Part shown: positions 12,850-25,152 of the stretch, piece after piece
Position numbering within the stretch: the first letter of the stretch is position 1
Layout: each line of letters starts with the position of its first letter
NCBI GenBank assembly: GCA_002104905.1
Contig: MCFE01000142.1
Location: 92,201 to 156,200, forward strand
Direction: 5' to 3'
DNA: 64,000 bases
DNA from: Basidiobolus meristosporus CBS 931.73
Taxonomy: Eukaryota; Fungi; Basidiobolomycota
The notes under the pieces: model-generated
Told to the model about the DNA's origin: nothing
What the model saw: the letters and a program-made list of their open reading frames with translations, nothing else
Database searches by the model: none
Position numbers and translations under genes: made by a program

Positions 12850-14923
12850 GCTACATATGCTTCCAATATTGGGTTAGGGGCTGTCCTGTACCAGAATGAA
12901 GAACAAAATCTGGCTCACTAAATATCTTTTCATGCCAGATCCCTACAGCCTGCAGAGAGAAACTACTCTGCCACCAAGAAGGAGCTACATACCATAATCT
13001 TTGCCTTGATGAAGCTTCATCAGTATCTATGGGCCAACCCATTTGCCTTGTTGCTGACCACCAAACTCCTGTCCATATCCACCTCAAAAAACTATGACTC
13101 CAATGCTTTCTGACTGGCTTGATACTCTTCTTGATTAGGAATATACAGATATTTATCAGCCTGGAATCCTTAACATCCTTCCTGACCACCTTTCAAGCTT
13201 TTCCCAACTTCACCTTGGGAGGAGTATGTGGTTACTGACATACTCAGTAAACTTACTACAACTTCTAAAACAATTCCTCAGCTGGATTCAGCAACCTGGA
13301 GAGTCACACATGCCAATGTAAGGAAATATTAATACTGAGAAGTCATATACTTGGCCACTTTGGAGCTGACACACTTATAAAGAAGCTACACTCTGATGGA
13401 TATCACTTGTCAAATATCAAAGCTGTCTGCCTAGAACTTGCCAAGTCTTGCAGTGAATGTCAACTCTACCATATCAGCTGCCATGGATTTAACACATTGA
13501 GTCCTATCCATGCAATCCTTTCTATGGATCATATTGCAATTGATCTAGCTGGACCTCTCACCACCAGTAATGATGGTACTTATACCTCTTTGTAAATGTA
13601 GCTATCTGCACACATCTTGTCTTCCTCAAAGCTATTGCAAATAAGTATACTGCCACTTTTGCACCGGCACTATTCAAGTTCTTTTCCCTCTTTAAATTCC
13701 CTAAAGTCATTTAGTTGGATAATGGAACTGAATATGTGAGTCACATGATCAAAGCCCTTTGCCCGCCTAGTGCCATTGATTACTGTCTGATCACTCCATG
13801 TCATCCTAAAGGTAATGGACTTGCTGAAAGACATGCTCAGATCTCAATGAACATCTTCAGGAAATCTACAAAGGTGTCAAGAAGAATTGGGGCAAATACA
13901 TTTCTACTGTACAGTATGCTATCATCACCAAAATTGCTGCTCTACATGGATCAATGCCATTTTCTTTGATGCTTGGATAAATATTCAACCACTTTGGAGA
14001 CTAGTAGTAAAATGAGTTAGCAAATTTGAATACATACAAGCTAAAGAATCAACTTGAGTGCCTTACCAACATTATGTACCCTACTTTCACTGCCAGAAGT
14101 AATGCCTCACAACAAAAGATGATTTCAACATATCCCTCAGACACAGGAACAGCAGCTTCCCAGATGGGTCATATGTTATTATACTTGATCCAATCCAGCA
14201 ATCTAAGCTTGACCCCTAATATGAAGACCCATTGAAGGTTGACAGACGCACTACTGAAGGATTTTATATACTTCAAGACAAAACTGGAGCACTGCTACCC
14301 AAAAACTTTCCACCTTTTTCACTCAAACCTACATCTCAAGACTCAGTAGCTTTAAAATCCTATGAAGTTGAACCTATTGTGAGCCATGATTGAGAAGAGC
14401 CAAATTATCTTTATTTAGTCACATGGCAAGGTTGTGATGCCAAACACAACATCTAGGACCTTACAACAACTTTGATGATGTTGTTGTTATTGATCAGTAT
14501 TGGAACCGCAGGAAAACCAATAAGGTGTCAGAAGACTCCACTGCTGGTAAAAAGTGATGTTGTGAATGTATGAAGTGATGCAGAAAAGTATAGATATATT
14601 TACTGTACCTTATGGTTTAGTGTGTGTCTCAATAAAGTTGCAATTGTGTCTGAGCAAAATTAAGAGTTCAACAATACTGGTCTAGTTTCCACCCAGGCCT
14701 TGCATATCTAGCACTCCCAAAAACACCAAGCCTAGCCTGCATAGCAAACTAACAATTCAACCTTTATAGCCAAACTCAGCTACATACAAAACCAGTATTG
14801 GACTGGAATCTCTGTTGATATTTCCATCACTCTTTGAGAGTTATAGGATTCTACACCTAATTGTCTGTTTAGTTCAGTTAAACTGCTCAAGAGCTTTATT
14901 ACACCTTTCTCTTGGATACAACA

Positions 14924-17778
14924 GTGAAAAACTGGTGAAAACTCAAGAAAATATGCATGGCCAATAGTAAAGAATAGACCTCAAAACTCTTCATCCACTT
15001 CTACAAAATCCATGTTATGAAGCAAGAGACCATTGTACTATACTCTTGCCAATAAAAGGGGGTGGTAGAACATGCAAACAAAGCAACAACTGATATGGTA
15101 AGATCTATGATTAAGAATCAAAAATTATCCCATGAATTTTGGGTGGAATTAGTTGCAACAGCTCTACATCTCCAGAAGAGGAGTTAGAGAAGAATAGTTT
15201 GTGATTCTACTCCACTTGAGGCATGGAATGGATATAGACCAAGTGTAGAACTTGTTGGAATACTTGGGTGCACAGCATTTGCCAAGAAACAACCTGGAAA
15301 TCAGTCAAAATTTGAGTCAAAAAGTGTAAAATACTTTTTTTCTGGCTAATGAAATGCAGGTAAGGCATAGAGACTATGAGATAGCAAAGCAACAAAGCTG
15401 ATCATATTCAGGGATGTGTTGTTGGATGAAATTCATACTTTTCACACAAAATTACATCTGATGATGACAAATATATGATTTCAGGTTTCACCAGTAGTGA
15501 AGATTGAATTGGAGTAAGACAATGAGAATTTCTTGCACTCCAAAGGACTCTATAATAGTGGTTCTGCCTGAGTTAGTGCTCAGGAATATCCCAAAAGTAT
15601 TCAATTCTGTATTGCTATGCAGGAGATCTAACTTGACTAGAAATAGCCCATATTACTGTACAAATTAGGGCACAAGCTTGGCCTATGCCTATTCAGTCTA
15701 TATGGATGAGCCCTAGACTGTAAGAGAGGCCCTAAATAGCCCTCAGACAAAGTTTTGTAGATATGCAATGATTGAGGAGTTTCAGGTGTTGAAGGAAATA
15801 AACTGTGAACTTAACCAAGCTATCAATCAACTAAAAATCAATTGGATGCAGATGAGTTTTCCAGACAAAATTCAATGCTGATGGTACAAATAAAATATAC
15901 AAAGCAAGACTTGTGGCCAAAGAATACTCTTAAACAAATGGACTTGACTATACTGAGACCTTAGCATTGGATGCCAAGTTTAATTCAATCAGATCAATGA
16001 TGCCTATTGCAGCCAAATATAAGATTTCACACATTGAATAGATGTAAAACTGCATTTTTGAGCAGGGAATGTGATGAGGATGTGTACATGGACCAGATTG
16101 ATGGACTTGCTGACTAAAATAACCCCACTTGGTCTGTAAGCTTAAAGAATTTCTATGCAGAATCAAATAATCGCCAAGAGTCAGGTATTGCAAGATAGAG
16201 TTTTATTTGGAATCTTTGAGTTTCTAACAGAGTACTACCCACTATAGTATATACTATAAGCTAGATAGAGCAAGCCCAGTTCTATTAGCTCTATATGTAT
16301 TTGATCTTATTATAGCCACAAATACTCCAGAAACATTTGAAGAGACTAAATCCAGCCAATCTAAAGAGTTCAAGATGTCCACTCTAGGAGAACTCAGTTA
16401 ATAATTAGGGATAAAGTTCTCCATAGACAGAGGTACTCAGACTATCACCCTAAGCCAATACAGGTATATTTAAGATATACTAAAGAAGTACCAAATGGAA
16501 GACTGTAAACCAGCAGCTACCCCAATGGATACAAACCTCAATTTGGTCAAAGCACAACCAGATCAAGAGATCTAGGTGTCATCTGAAGGCCCTGACCTTG
16601 CTTATCAATCTATTGTTGGCAGTGTGATGTATTTCATGCTTGGAACAACCCAGATATCTCATGTTCAGTGGGAGTTATCAACCAGCATAATTAGTTCTAT
16701 GGATCTGATCATATTGCAGCAGTTAAGTGGATTTCTAAATAGCTAAAAGGGTCTGCTGATATCTGCTTAGGGGAGCACCTAAAAGAATTCAGAACAGGAT
16801 CTTGTGAGATACTCTGATGCTGATTAGGGATGATATCTAGAAGACCGAAGATCCACTGTAGGAAACAGCTTTCTTCACTATAAAGGAGCAATTTCCTGGA
16901 ATTCAACAAAGCAACCAACCATGGCACTTTTGGCCACAGAGGCAGAGTGTATGGCATACTGTGAAGCTACAAAAGAGGCATTGTGGTAAAGAAAGCTATT
17001 CAAAGAGTTGGGCTTATGTCAAAAAAAGGTCTATTACTTTATTTCAAGATGATCCAGGACGCATGCAATTAGGTAGAAATCCAACTTTTCATGTAAGAAC
17101 TAAGCACATCAATATTAGTCATCATCTCATATGTGAAACTATAGAGAGTAGCTTAGCTAACTTAGCTTACTATCTTACATATGAAATGATTGCAGACATA
17201 TTTACCAAACCATTAGCTAGAGACAAGCTTGAATATCTTAGGTCAAAATTAGGACTAATAGTATGAACATTCAGCTGAGTGGGAGTGTTGTAAAAGCTCA
17301 TAATTCTAATTTCAATATATTAGGTCAAGATTAGGACTGATCAGTGTGCATGTTTAGTTGAGTGGGAGTGTTACAAAAGTTTATGATTCCACCTAAATGC
17401 TCACCTAGCTTAGTGACTTGGATCATTACCTAAAAATTCTAGAGAATACTGACTAGATTCCTTGTTGGGATTTACTTAGAATATTTTCACCAAAATACCA
17501 GGTACCCAGAACATGAAAATTTGATAAGTTGTCCAAACAGCCCCAAACTATGCACACATGCTCTTAGGATCTTTGTTAGCCTATTCTACATGTTTACTAT
17601 GCCAAGAGCATGTAAAAGTATAAATACTACTTTTACATTCAATAAATCATTAAGTGAAAATCACAAAGTCTACTTATCCTCCCAATCACTTCCAATATCT
17701 CCAAGACTCTTACAACAAAAGCAACATAATCTACTTGTTCTCTTAATCACTTCCAGTATCTCCAAGACACTTACAACA
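14924..17778 (+). mobile_element. Old, heavily mutated copia (IN-RT-RH plus 3' LTR 17369-17717), same family as 8164-12849
   Basis: Collinear nucleotide similarity with many stops and frameshifts; PPT and LTR present. Confidence 0.88.
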
Positions 17779-18561
17779 GGTCTCACAATGGGATCCTGAT
17801 GGCTGATCAAGATTGGATCCACCTGCAAGACCAGATCATTCTTAATAGGGAAGAAATTCAAGAAGGCAACCAATTTTGGTACTCTCCACCACAGACACAG
17901 AGTATATGGCTGGCTGGGAGGTCACAAAAGTAGTTGCATGGCTATGAATGCTCTTTAGGAATATAGGTTCAAGTCAAAAAAAACTCCATGACTAAATTGT
18001 AAGATAATCGGGAAAGTCCAACTTTTCAGGCTTCAGCTAAATGAATAGATACTATACATCATGTCATATGGAGTACAGCTTTGCTGACCAATCTTACTGT
18101 CCTACAGAGGAAGTGATTAAAGTCATACTCACAAAACCATTTGCTAGAGACAAATATGAAAATCTCAGATTGCAGTGGGATAGGCTGATGTAAGTGTTTA
18201 GCTGAGCAGAAGAGTTGCAAGTGTTGTGATTGCACTGAAATACTCACCTGACTTAGCTACTTTGATATGGTGGACAAAATGCAGAGAAATCTGGCCACAT
18301 TCCTTGTCAGGATCTACTTGGAATATCTTCACCAAGCAATCAGGTACCCGGAACATAAAAAGACCCAAAGTCATCCAAGGAGTCCCAAACCTTGCGCAAA
18401 TGCTTGTGCAACCTTCCTAAGCATAACATCCATGGGGCTGGTTTGCTAAGTTCATGGAAAAGTATGAATACTACTTTTACATTCGACAAATCATGAAACG
18501 AAAGCCACCTAATCCACTTAAGCTCGTAATCACTTCCAATATCTCCAAAGCTCTTACAACA
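17779..18561 (+). mobile_element. Divergent copia RNaseH relic plus diverged LTR
   Basis: Conceptual translation SRRQPILVLSTTDTEYMA; LTR-like sequence ending CTCTTACAACA at 18561. Confidence 0.7.
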
Positions 18562-18699
18562 TCCCGAACATTGCGAGGTGCAAACCAAGGGAAACAGGAA
18601 GATTATGCAAAGAAGATTGTGCTGTAATTGAAGAGATCCTTACTACAAGATACTCTGAAAACGGAACTTCGGTTTGATCATTCCAAATGCAATCAGAAT

Positions 18700-19560
18700 A
18701 TAATGAATCACAAACATTCTTTTTTCAACCGGGAGAAGACTGTTTCGGCCAAGACAGCAGAAACCGGGTCAGCATAGTATCGATCCCAGGCTGGAATAAG
18801 GACGTCCTGATCTATTGTCAAGAGGAAGCGTTGCTCAAAGACCATATTGGGTGCGACTTTTACTTCTCACACAGATGGTGTATTGAAGACGAAGCCATTC
18901 TTGGTTCATGTTGGGATGGAATATGTAGTTGTATAAGTGAATCGGACTCTTGGGGAGGAATCAGGGAAGTTCTGGATCTACCACCGAGTGCAGTGCCGAG
19001 CCCCAAGTTGACCCAAATCAGTCAGATTCGCCTCAATAAGAAGCAACTGAAAGCCAGAAACCTGATTATTTTGTCCAAGGCTTTATTTGCCAGCTCAGAT
19101 CAGTTAGTTGATTAGAGAAGTTAGACCACCTCAAGTACCAAGAATTGGTAAATTCACTTGACAATGCGCAACCTACACATAGGTGTACATACCTAGCACC
19201 CTGACAAGCATGGCCGCATTGTATGACCAAATAGATGGGAGATTTACAAGCGAGACGACCGATGCAAATCCAGCGGGGTATGAGCAATGGACGACATCCG
19301 CAGGCTAGGTAATGGTCAGGAGCGAGCACAACCCCGGGTTTATACGAAGTGGCCTGAACCGGTTGGGAAAAAATGGTTGAATCTGCTCAAGTTAGATGTT
19401 GAATGTCTGGATCACATGGGAATCATGGACAAGTACAGTGGGTGGGAATACTTCCGGATGGTATTCGATAATGCCTCAGTCAAGTCTGTACGCTGCACAA
19501 TTACGCCGCCCAACTCGCCGAATTCATGAACACTCCGGAACCATTCATCACAGCGGATTA
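18700..19560 (-). CDS. Possible multi-exon hypothetical gene; structure unresolved
   Basis: Candidate splice-bounded exons translate plausibly (PADVVHCSYPAGFASVVSLVNLPSIWSYNAAMLVRVL; HLYNYIFHPNMNQEWLRLQYTI; IDQDVLIPAWDRYYADPVSAVLAETVFSRLKKECL); CpG retained; no full model built. Confidence 0.35.
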
Positions 19561-20398
19561 GTTGAGGGAGAGCAATTTACGGGGATCAACATACACCTGG
19601 TGTATTGCGATCCTTATCTTATCACCTAAACCATCCGGCCTTAAGGCGAATCTCCCGCCTATATCACAGCACGGTTTTAATTGGTCAGTTTTCCCGAACG
19701 GCCCTCCTGAAGCATCAAACCCTGCGACAGAAAGCTCATCTTGCTGATTACAAACAGTTTTGAGTCCGACCTACCAGGCCCCGCTAGTAGTCTTCCCAGT
19801 CGGCAGCATAACCCCAATGCCCAATCTTTACTACAAATACCCCCTCCTTGTAGGGGGGCTAATTCTGACACCAGGCAAGTGATAACTATTCTCCAGTGGT
19901 CTGCCCAAGGTGGGTGATGTTTGGAGGCATGGAATAGAGCCAGAAGCCTCCAAATCCGAAACAATTCACTGATTGGAGGTCGGGGATTTAGGGTTAGGGT
20001 ATTGTTGGACCGTGGCAGGGGGGCACAAGTGGCTCATCTGACCAAAGACAAGTCTCTTGTTTCCTGGTTCACGGCCATGTGTATTTCGACCAGTAGTATA
20101 GGTCAGGGAATTGGGCTCAATTGAGGTGATTGGATATTCGAGGATGTTTATTTGGACTAGGCAGTGTGATTCGAGGTCGATTGATATTCATGATACAATG
20201 GAGTAGAATATCTACATGAAGAGATTCGATACATGCGTAAGTGGCTGGGTACCACCTGAGGACACTTCGGAGCAATGCCCAGTTGTAGCCAGCCATTTTC
20301 AGCTGGATCAGTACACAATGGGCTCGAAGGGATTGGGCTAGGGTTCAGGCAACCTCGAGGCCAGTCGTCGAAGCGAGAAGCAATCGGGTTGAATCGGG

Positions 20399-20964
20399 TC
20401 AATCCAGAAACTGCCCGTTGAGGATCATACTCCCCATTGGAGTGTCTGGACGGTCTGGGGCACGCTTGGTGGCTTTGAGGGCTTGGATTCTGGTATTGGG
20501 GAGCAGAGTTCGATTTTCACCCATCCCCACGGACAGATTAGAGTTCGGGGCGGAATGTGGGTTCTGGCTCTGGCTCTGGTTCTGGTTCGCGGTCGGGTCG
20601 GGCCCAATTTTGCTGAATTGGGTGGAATCCAGGAACTGGTTGGGTTTCTGCGAACAATGGGAATGGAATTGGAGATTTGGTTAGCCACCTGTAAGCTCGC
20701 CCAGGTCAGGAATCAATTTGTACTTACAGGGAACGAGGAAGAGTGGGCCAGGTGAAAGTAACCCGAGGTTGGAGGGGAGTTCTGTGGCGAGATGCTTGCG
20801 CCAAATGGGGCCGATTTCTCCCCATATCCGGACATGAAGTTGGGATTTGGGTTACAAGTGATATGGGAGAATGATTGTCGGCCAAGGGAAGAGCCAACGG
20901 ATAGCGCTCTACGACGCCCGGGGATATTCAAAGGCTGAATGTCTGAAGGGTTGTTCGAGGACAT
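20399..20964 (-). CDS. Small (161 aa) two-exon disordered protein ending RPDTPMGSMILNGQFLD
   Basis: Exon 1 20964-20728; intron 20727-20648 (GTAAGT...GCTAAC...CGCAG); exon 2 20647-20399 in frame to TGA. Confidence 0.65.
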
Positions 20965-22497
20965 GGTGAGCAAATTCCCATTGCTATCAAGTAGGCAGGC
21001 AACATTTATAAAATTCCACCTGCCGTCGTTGCCGCACTAACGAATTAAACCGACCCAGGGTCATCGGGTGATTTTCACAACAAACAGGCGATCTCCACGA
21101 ATGATTTGGGCCGCACATGAGTCAGCCATCGTCCTCTCCATCATCGACCAACACATGATTCGAAATTCATTCGTTTTACCCTAAATGCACTTCAAGCTAT
21201 GTCAGCATTGACCTTTGGTTCTTCTGTGTGGCATCAACTTTATGACTGGATAGGCCCCCACTGGTCCTGTTTCAGTGATCTGGCTCAGATGATCCGATGT
21301 TAATTATAGGGCCAACTAGGTATCCTCGCCAATGAACTCACAGGATGGTCATCGACGAACCAATGCGGACACGGCTATGATGATATCTAAGATCAAGTAC
21401 ATAGGCTATCTAACCTATTTATCCAAAACCACGGCTTCTCTCTGTTCAGCAGCTTGGCCCATTTATGCTCTGTAAGTCGGATTCCATGTCCGGGAAGACC
21501 GGTGGTAATGATGCCTCACTGATACGGCCTGTAATGAACTCCCATTTCCAACTTGTCCAATCAAGCGCTCCCGCAATCGGTAGGCTGCTGAGACTTCAGA
21601 TCAACTGCTTGAACAGGCAGCTCGCAATCCGGCTGATGAGCAACCTTTGAAGTGGCCTTGTCTCTGGCACACCGGTACAAAACGGCAATGACATCCTCCC
21701 AGATTGCGGCATGGGATCCACTCACTCAGTCGCCATGGTTTAATGAGGTGTAGGGGCTTGCTTTTTGCAGACGATTTAATTAATTGGAATCTGGATTGCT
21801 TAATCTATCCACACTTCACGCTGGATGGAGTTGTCTGCCACTCGACAGTTACCCTCCAGCGAGAAGATCCCGTTATTTCTGGATTGCTCGGACGGTTACT
21901 TATGTGCAATCAATAGTGTCGAGTCGCACCATCGCAATCAAGGAATTTCCCATATATGGCAAGGGGATTTGGTCTGGCCAGTAATCCTCCATGACGTAGT
22001 TAGCCTAAGATGAATATTCCTTCACAGCACCGGTTCTAGCAAGTTTACTTGGGAGCGTGTATCCTTATCGGTGGCACAGCGAGATACAATGGTTAGATTA
22101 CATTGAGTGCTTCAAGCAACAGGAACAATATGCTAGCATATGGCACAGGAAGTGTGGCCACGTGCGATCCCGATCCAACGCACACAGAAACTCTTTGTGA
22201 AGGTCGGGCTGTGTAAATAGGAAACTTATCATAGTCTCATGAGGAGAGTACCTGGCCAATCAAGCCACTGGAATGCCGCTGAAATCAGAAGGTTTGTATT
22301 CTACGTCGGCCTTGGTATGGAGTCTACATATGGCAAGGATTGGACCTCAGTTTTGGGGTGTTTCCTCAATCCTGTTGAGATTGATTCCCACTGCCATGGC
22401 TATAAATACGCCAACTCCGCCTGCAGGAACACCATTATTAGAGCATAGTTTGACTTCAAGTAATTGCTAGTTCATCTGTACTGTTAGCCATATTAGA

Positions 22498-24312
22498 ATG
22501 GTTGCCCTTCGAGCTTCATCAACCTTGGTTGAACCAGCTTCATTTGTTGCCCACGCCCAAGTCATAAGCTACGAGCTTCGTGGAGAGAAATGCTGGTTTG
22601 CTATGTTCATTTCCCCCTTGGAGCAACCCGACTCTTTGGACGAGGGCCCCAACACAGATCCGTACATAGTGTATCGTTTATTTAGTGACTTCAAATACTT
22701 CATCAGCTACTTAACGCAGGAATGTGCGAGGTATGAACAACGGACCCCGCGGCTGACAAGTAGAAAGAGGATCCTTTCTTCCAAGACCGCTCACGCTGGA
22801 CGTGTTGTCCATGACCTAAACGAGTTCTTAACTCCGGTACTCGCCCTTCCCGCCACCATTCGCAGCTCGATCTGTTTTTCCGAGTTCTTTGGGTTATGGG
22901 AGTGTGATTTAACCGACCCACTACCTACCACCCCAATATCGGTTGACTTTAGTAAAGCCACCATCCCCACGGTCAGTACAGTGCAGGAGGCCTTTGAGGC
23001 AACCGAGTTCGAGACCGCCTCTGTGTCGACGGCCACATTTGGGCCCCTTCATCGGTCCAATACTGTAGGCCCCTGCACCACTTCTAACCGATCGGAGCCA
23101 CCTCTGAAGGTAGCGCCATGGAATGTTCGGCACATGACGGATAGAGAGAAGGCGGTATGGCGGACAAAACGGAACTCCTTGATCCGGTTCAACAGTTGCC
23201 GCTCTCATGGTAGGGGGAACGCGGTCGTCATAGCACCATTTGTTCGGGTCAAGGTGATCTTGAACTCGGACAATATCATCAACATCATGGTTGCTCGGAA
23301 CATCGCTTACGACGATCTACGGAAACGGATCTTCGAGAAATTCTGCGAGAACCCGGCGTTCAACCCGGAGGATTTTGAGTCGGTGGTGTTGGCCTACAAG
23401 CGGGAGAATAGTCTAATTATCATCGCATCGAATGATGATCTGCGCTCAGTGCTGGTCGACGAGATTAACAAGTACACAATGTATCTCCCCTCGGCGAAGC
23501 TTTTGGATGAGTTCTTTTGGATGCGGGAGGTGGCAGAGGTCCACAAATCAGCGACTGAGCAGGAAACTTCCCCGGCCGATCGAGATTCTGGGTACATCTC
23601 GTATCGCACCCTTAGCAACGAGAGTCTGCGGGAGCGCTTTCTTTACGACAGCGCACACCCGATGCATAAATCGCTCTCCCTTCAGCGGCAGAACTCCACC
23701 TCTCTAAGAAGACAGAACTCGCTGGCGGCAATTCGAAATGCCCCGTTACAAAATTCCCACTTGCGACGTCAAAAAACGCTAGCATCTCTTCATCAGAAAA
23801 CAGTGATCGCTTCGCTCCAGCATGAAGTCAACGAGGCACCCCATGGGATGACCGATAGACCGGAGACAAATGGTCGCTCGACACTCCAAGAGCCATCATC
23901 CGCTACTGTCAGCTTCCGGTTGGACTCAACTGAAAGTGCAACCCCTAGCAAAAGCGTGGTATTCAGACTCAAAGTTGCACTTGATTCGGAGAGCTGCGTA
24001 GTGATCCCAGTACAAAACACCGTGACTTGTCCTGAGCTGAAGGCGCTGATCTTCAAAGCATTTCTGCAAGCAGGGTATTCGGAAGAACGACTTGAATCAC
24101 TTCAACTCATCTACAGGACGATGGACTCCCACTTCTTGACGGTCGAAAACGAGCAGGATGTTCGCAGCCTTATATCCATAGTTCGTCTAGACGACGGCTC
24201 GCGAGGTGTCCAATCGCTTTCGCTCTATTTATTCCCCAGAGGTCTCTTCAGTTCCCTACGTCGGGGTGGGATTCTTTTAGACATTCCTTTGGACATGATT
24301 TGTGTATCATAG
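22498..24312 (+). CDS. PX-like domain plus two PB1 domains (Bem1/Scd2/p40phox-like adaptor, no SH3 seen)
   Basis: PX-like region (VYRLFSDF...LNEFLTPVLALPATIRSSICFSEFF); PB1 #1 (VRVKVILNSD...YKRENSLIIIASNDDL); PB1 #2 (FRLKVALDSE...YRTMDSHFLTVENEQDV). Confidence 0.8.
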   Translation: MVALRASSTLVEPASFVAHAQVISYELRGEKCWFAMFISPLEQPDSLDEGPNTDPYIVYRLFSDFKYFISYLTQECARYEQRTPRLTSRKRILSSKTAHAGRVVHDLNEFLTPVLALPATIRSSICFSEFFGLWECDLTDPLPTTPISVDFSKATIPTVSTVQEAFEATEFETASVSTATFGPLHRSNTVGPCTTSNRSEPPLKVAPWNVRHMTDREKAVWRTKRNSLIRFNSCRSHGRGNAVVIAPFVRVKVILNSDNIINIMVARNIAYDDLRKRIFEKFCENPAFNPEDFESVVLAYKRENSLIIIASNDDLRSVLVDEINKYTMYLPSAKLLDEFFWMREVAEVHKSATEQETSPADRDSGYISYRTLSNESLRERFLYDSAHPMHKSLSLQRQNSTSLRRQNSLAAIRNAPLQNSHLRRQKTLASLHQKTVIASLQHEVNEAPHGMTDRPETNGRSTLQEPSSATVSFRLDSTESATPSKSVVFRLKVALDSESCVVIPVQNTVTCPELKALIFKAFLQAGYSEERLESLQLIYRTMDSHFLTVENEQDVRSLISIVRLDDGSRGVQSLSLYLFPRGLFSSLRRGGILLDIPLDMICVS

Positions 24313-25152
24313 TTTTATTTGCTTTAGCGTCGTAATGTATAATCTCATATGTAATCTGTCTACACGAACCCGGCTTGTACATAGGGCAATATGAGCCCTT
24401 CTGAGAAGAATATCTGCACTGTCTGCCATCAACCCTTTCCGTGATAGTAAGGGGAGCCTGGAGTGATTGGAATTTGCGTAACAACGTTCGTGCCAATATA
24501 TGCATCTGTATACGGTCTCGAATAAAACAATCATATAATGCTACAAGTTAAACCCGGCCAGTTTAATCCATATGTTATCTACATACGGAGGCTGAGGCTA
24601 AGCTCGGCTAACATACGGCAAGCGTAGCTTTGATTTTGAAGAAGGCGCAGTTCCAACATGGCCACCAGGTGGCATGTGTGGGTGACTTCTGATGAACACC
24701 TTTGGAAATATTGGATTGCTGCCGGGATGCTGCGTAAGCCGCTTTAAGAGTGAAACAAGCAGGTTGGATAGATAGGTTTGCAGGTAGAATGGTACCAAAC
24801 GTCACTTACGACGAGCATAAATGGATTCCAGGTGTAACCGAGATGCCATTTTGATAGTAGCATGGCTATCGGATTCCGTAATAAATACATCAGGAGTCCT
24901 TTCTCCGACCAAACAAGACAACTCAACTGGTGCCGATGGCGTTCGTAATAGAGCACAGCTATATTCATACATGTAGGTGACACCAAAATTAGAGGCATAT
25001 CGATAAGGTGATGAAAGCAGGGTATTGAGGTGGCATTTCAAAGGGCCGCATGGTATAATGTGAAGTTGCTAAACATATGTAATGGATCAGGAAATACGGG
25101 GTGAAATATGTGTATGATCTATCAGGATAAGGGGCCTTTAGGTGCCTTGGAG

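Larger units (their letters stand above)
6370..14923 (+). mobile_element. Decayed chromoviral Ty3/gypsy element (PR-RT-RNaseH-IN-chromodomain, 3' LTR 14558-14923), interrupted by a MITE and a copia
   Basis: PR (VLLNTGSSKT), RT (LDLKDIYHQL, APFGLK, FVDGVIIFS), RNaseH rejoined across insertions (FTVAT-YASNIGLGAVLYQ), integrase (DHIAIDLAGPL, DNGTEY, GNGLAER), chromodomain ~14350-14510 (YEVEPIVSH...YLVTWQG). Confidence 0.85.
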
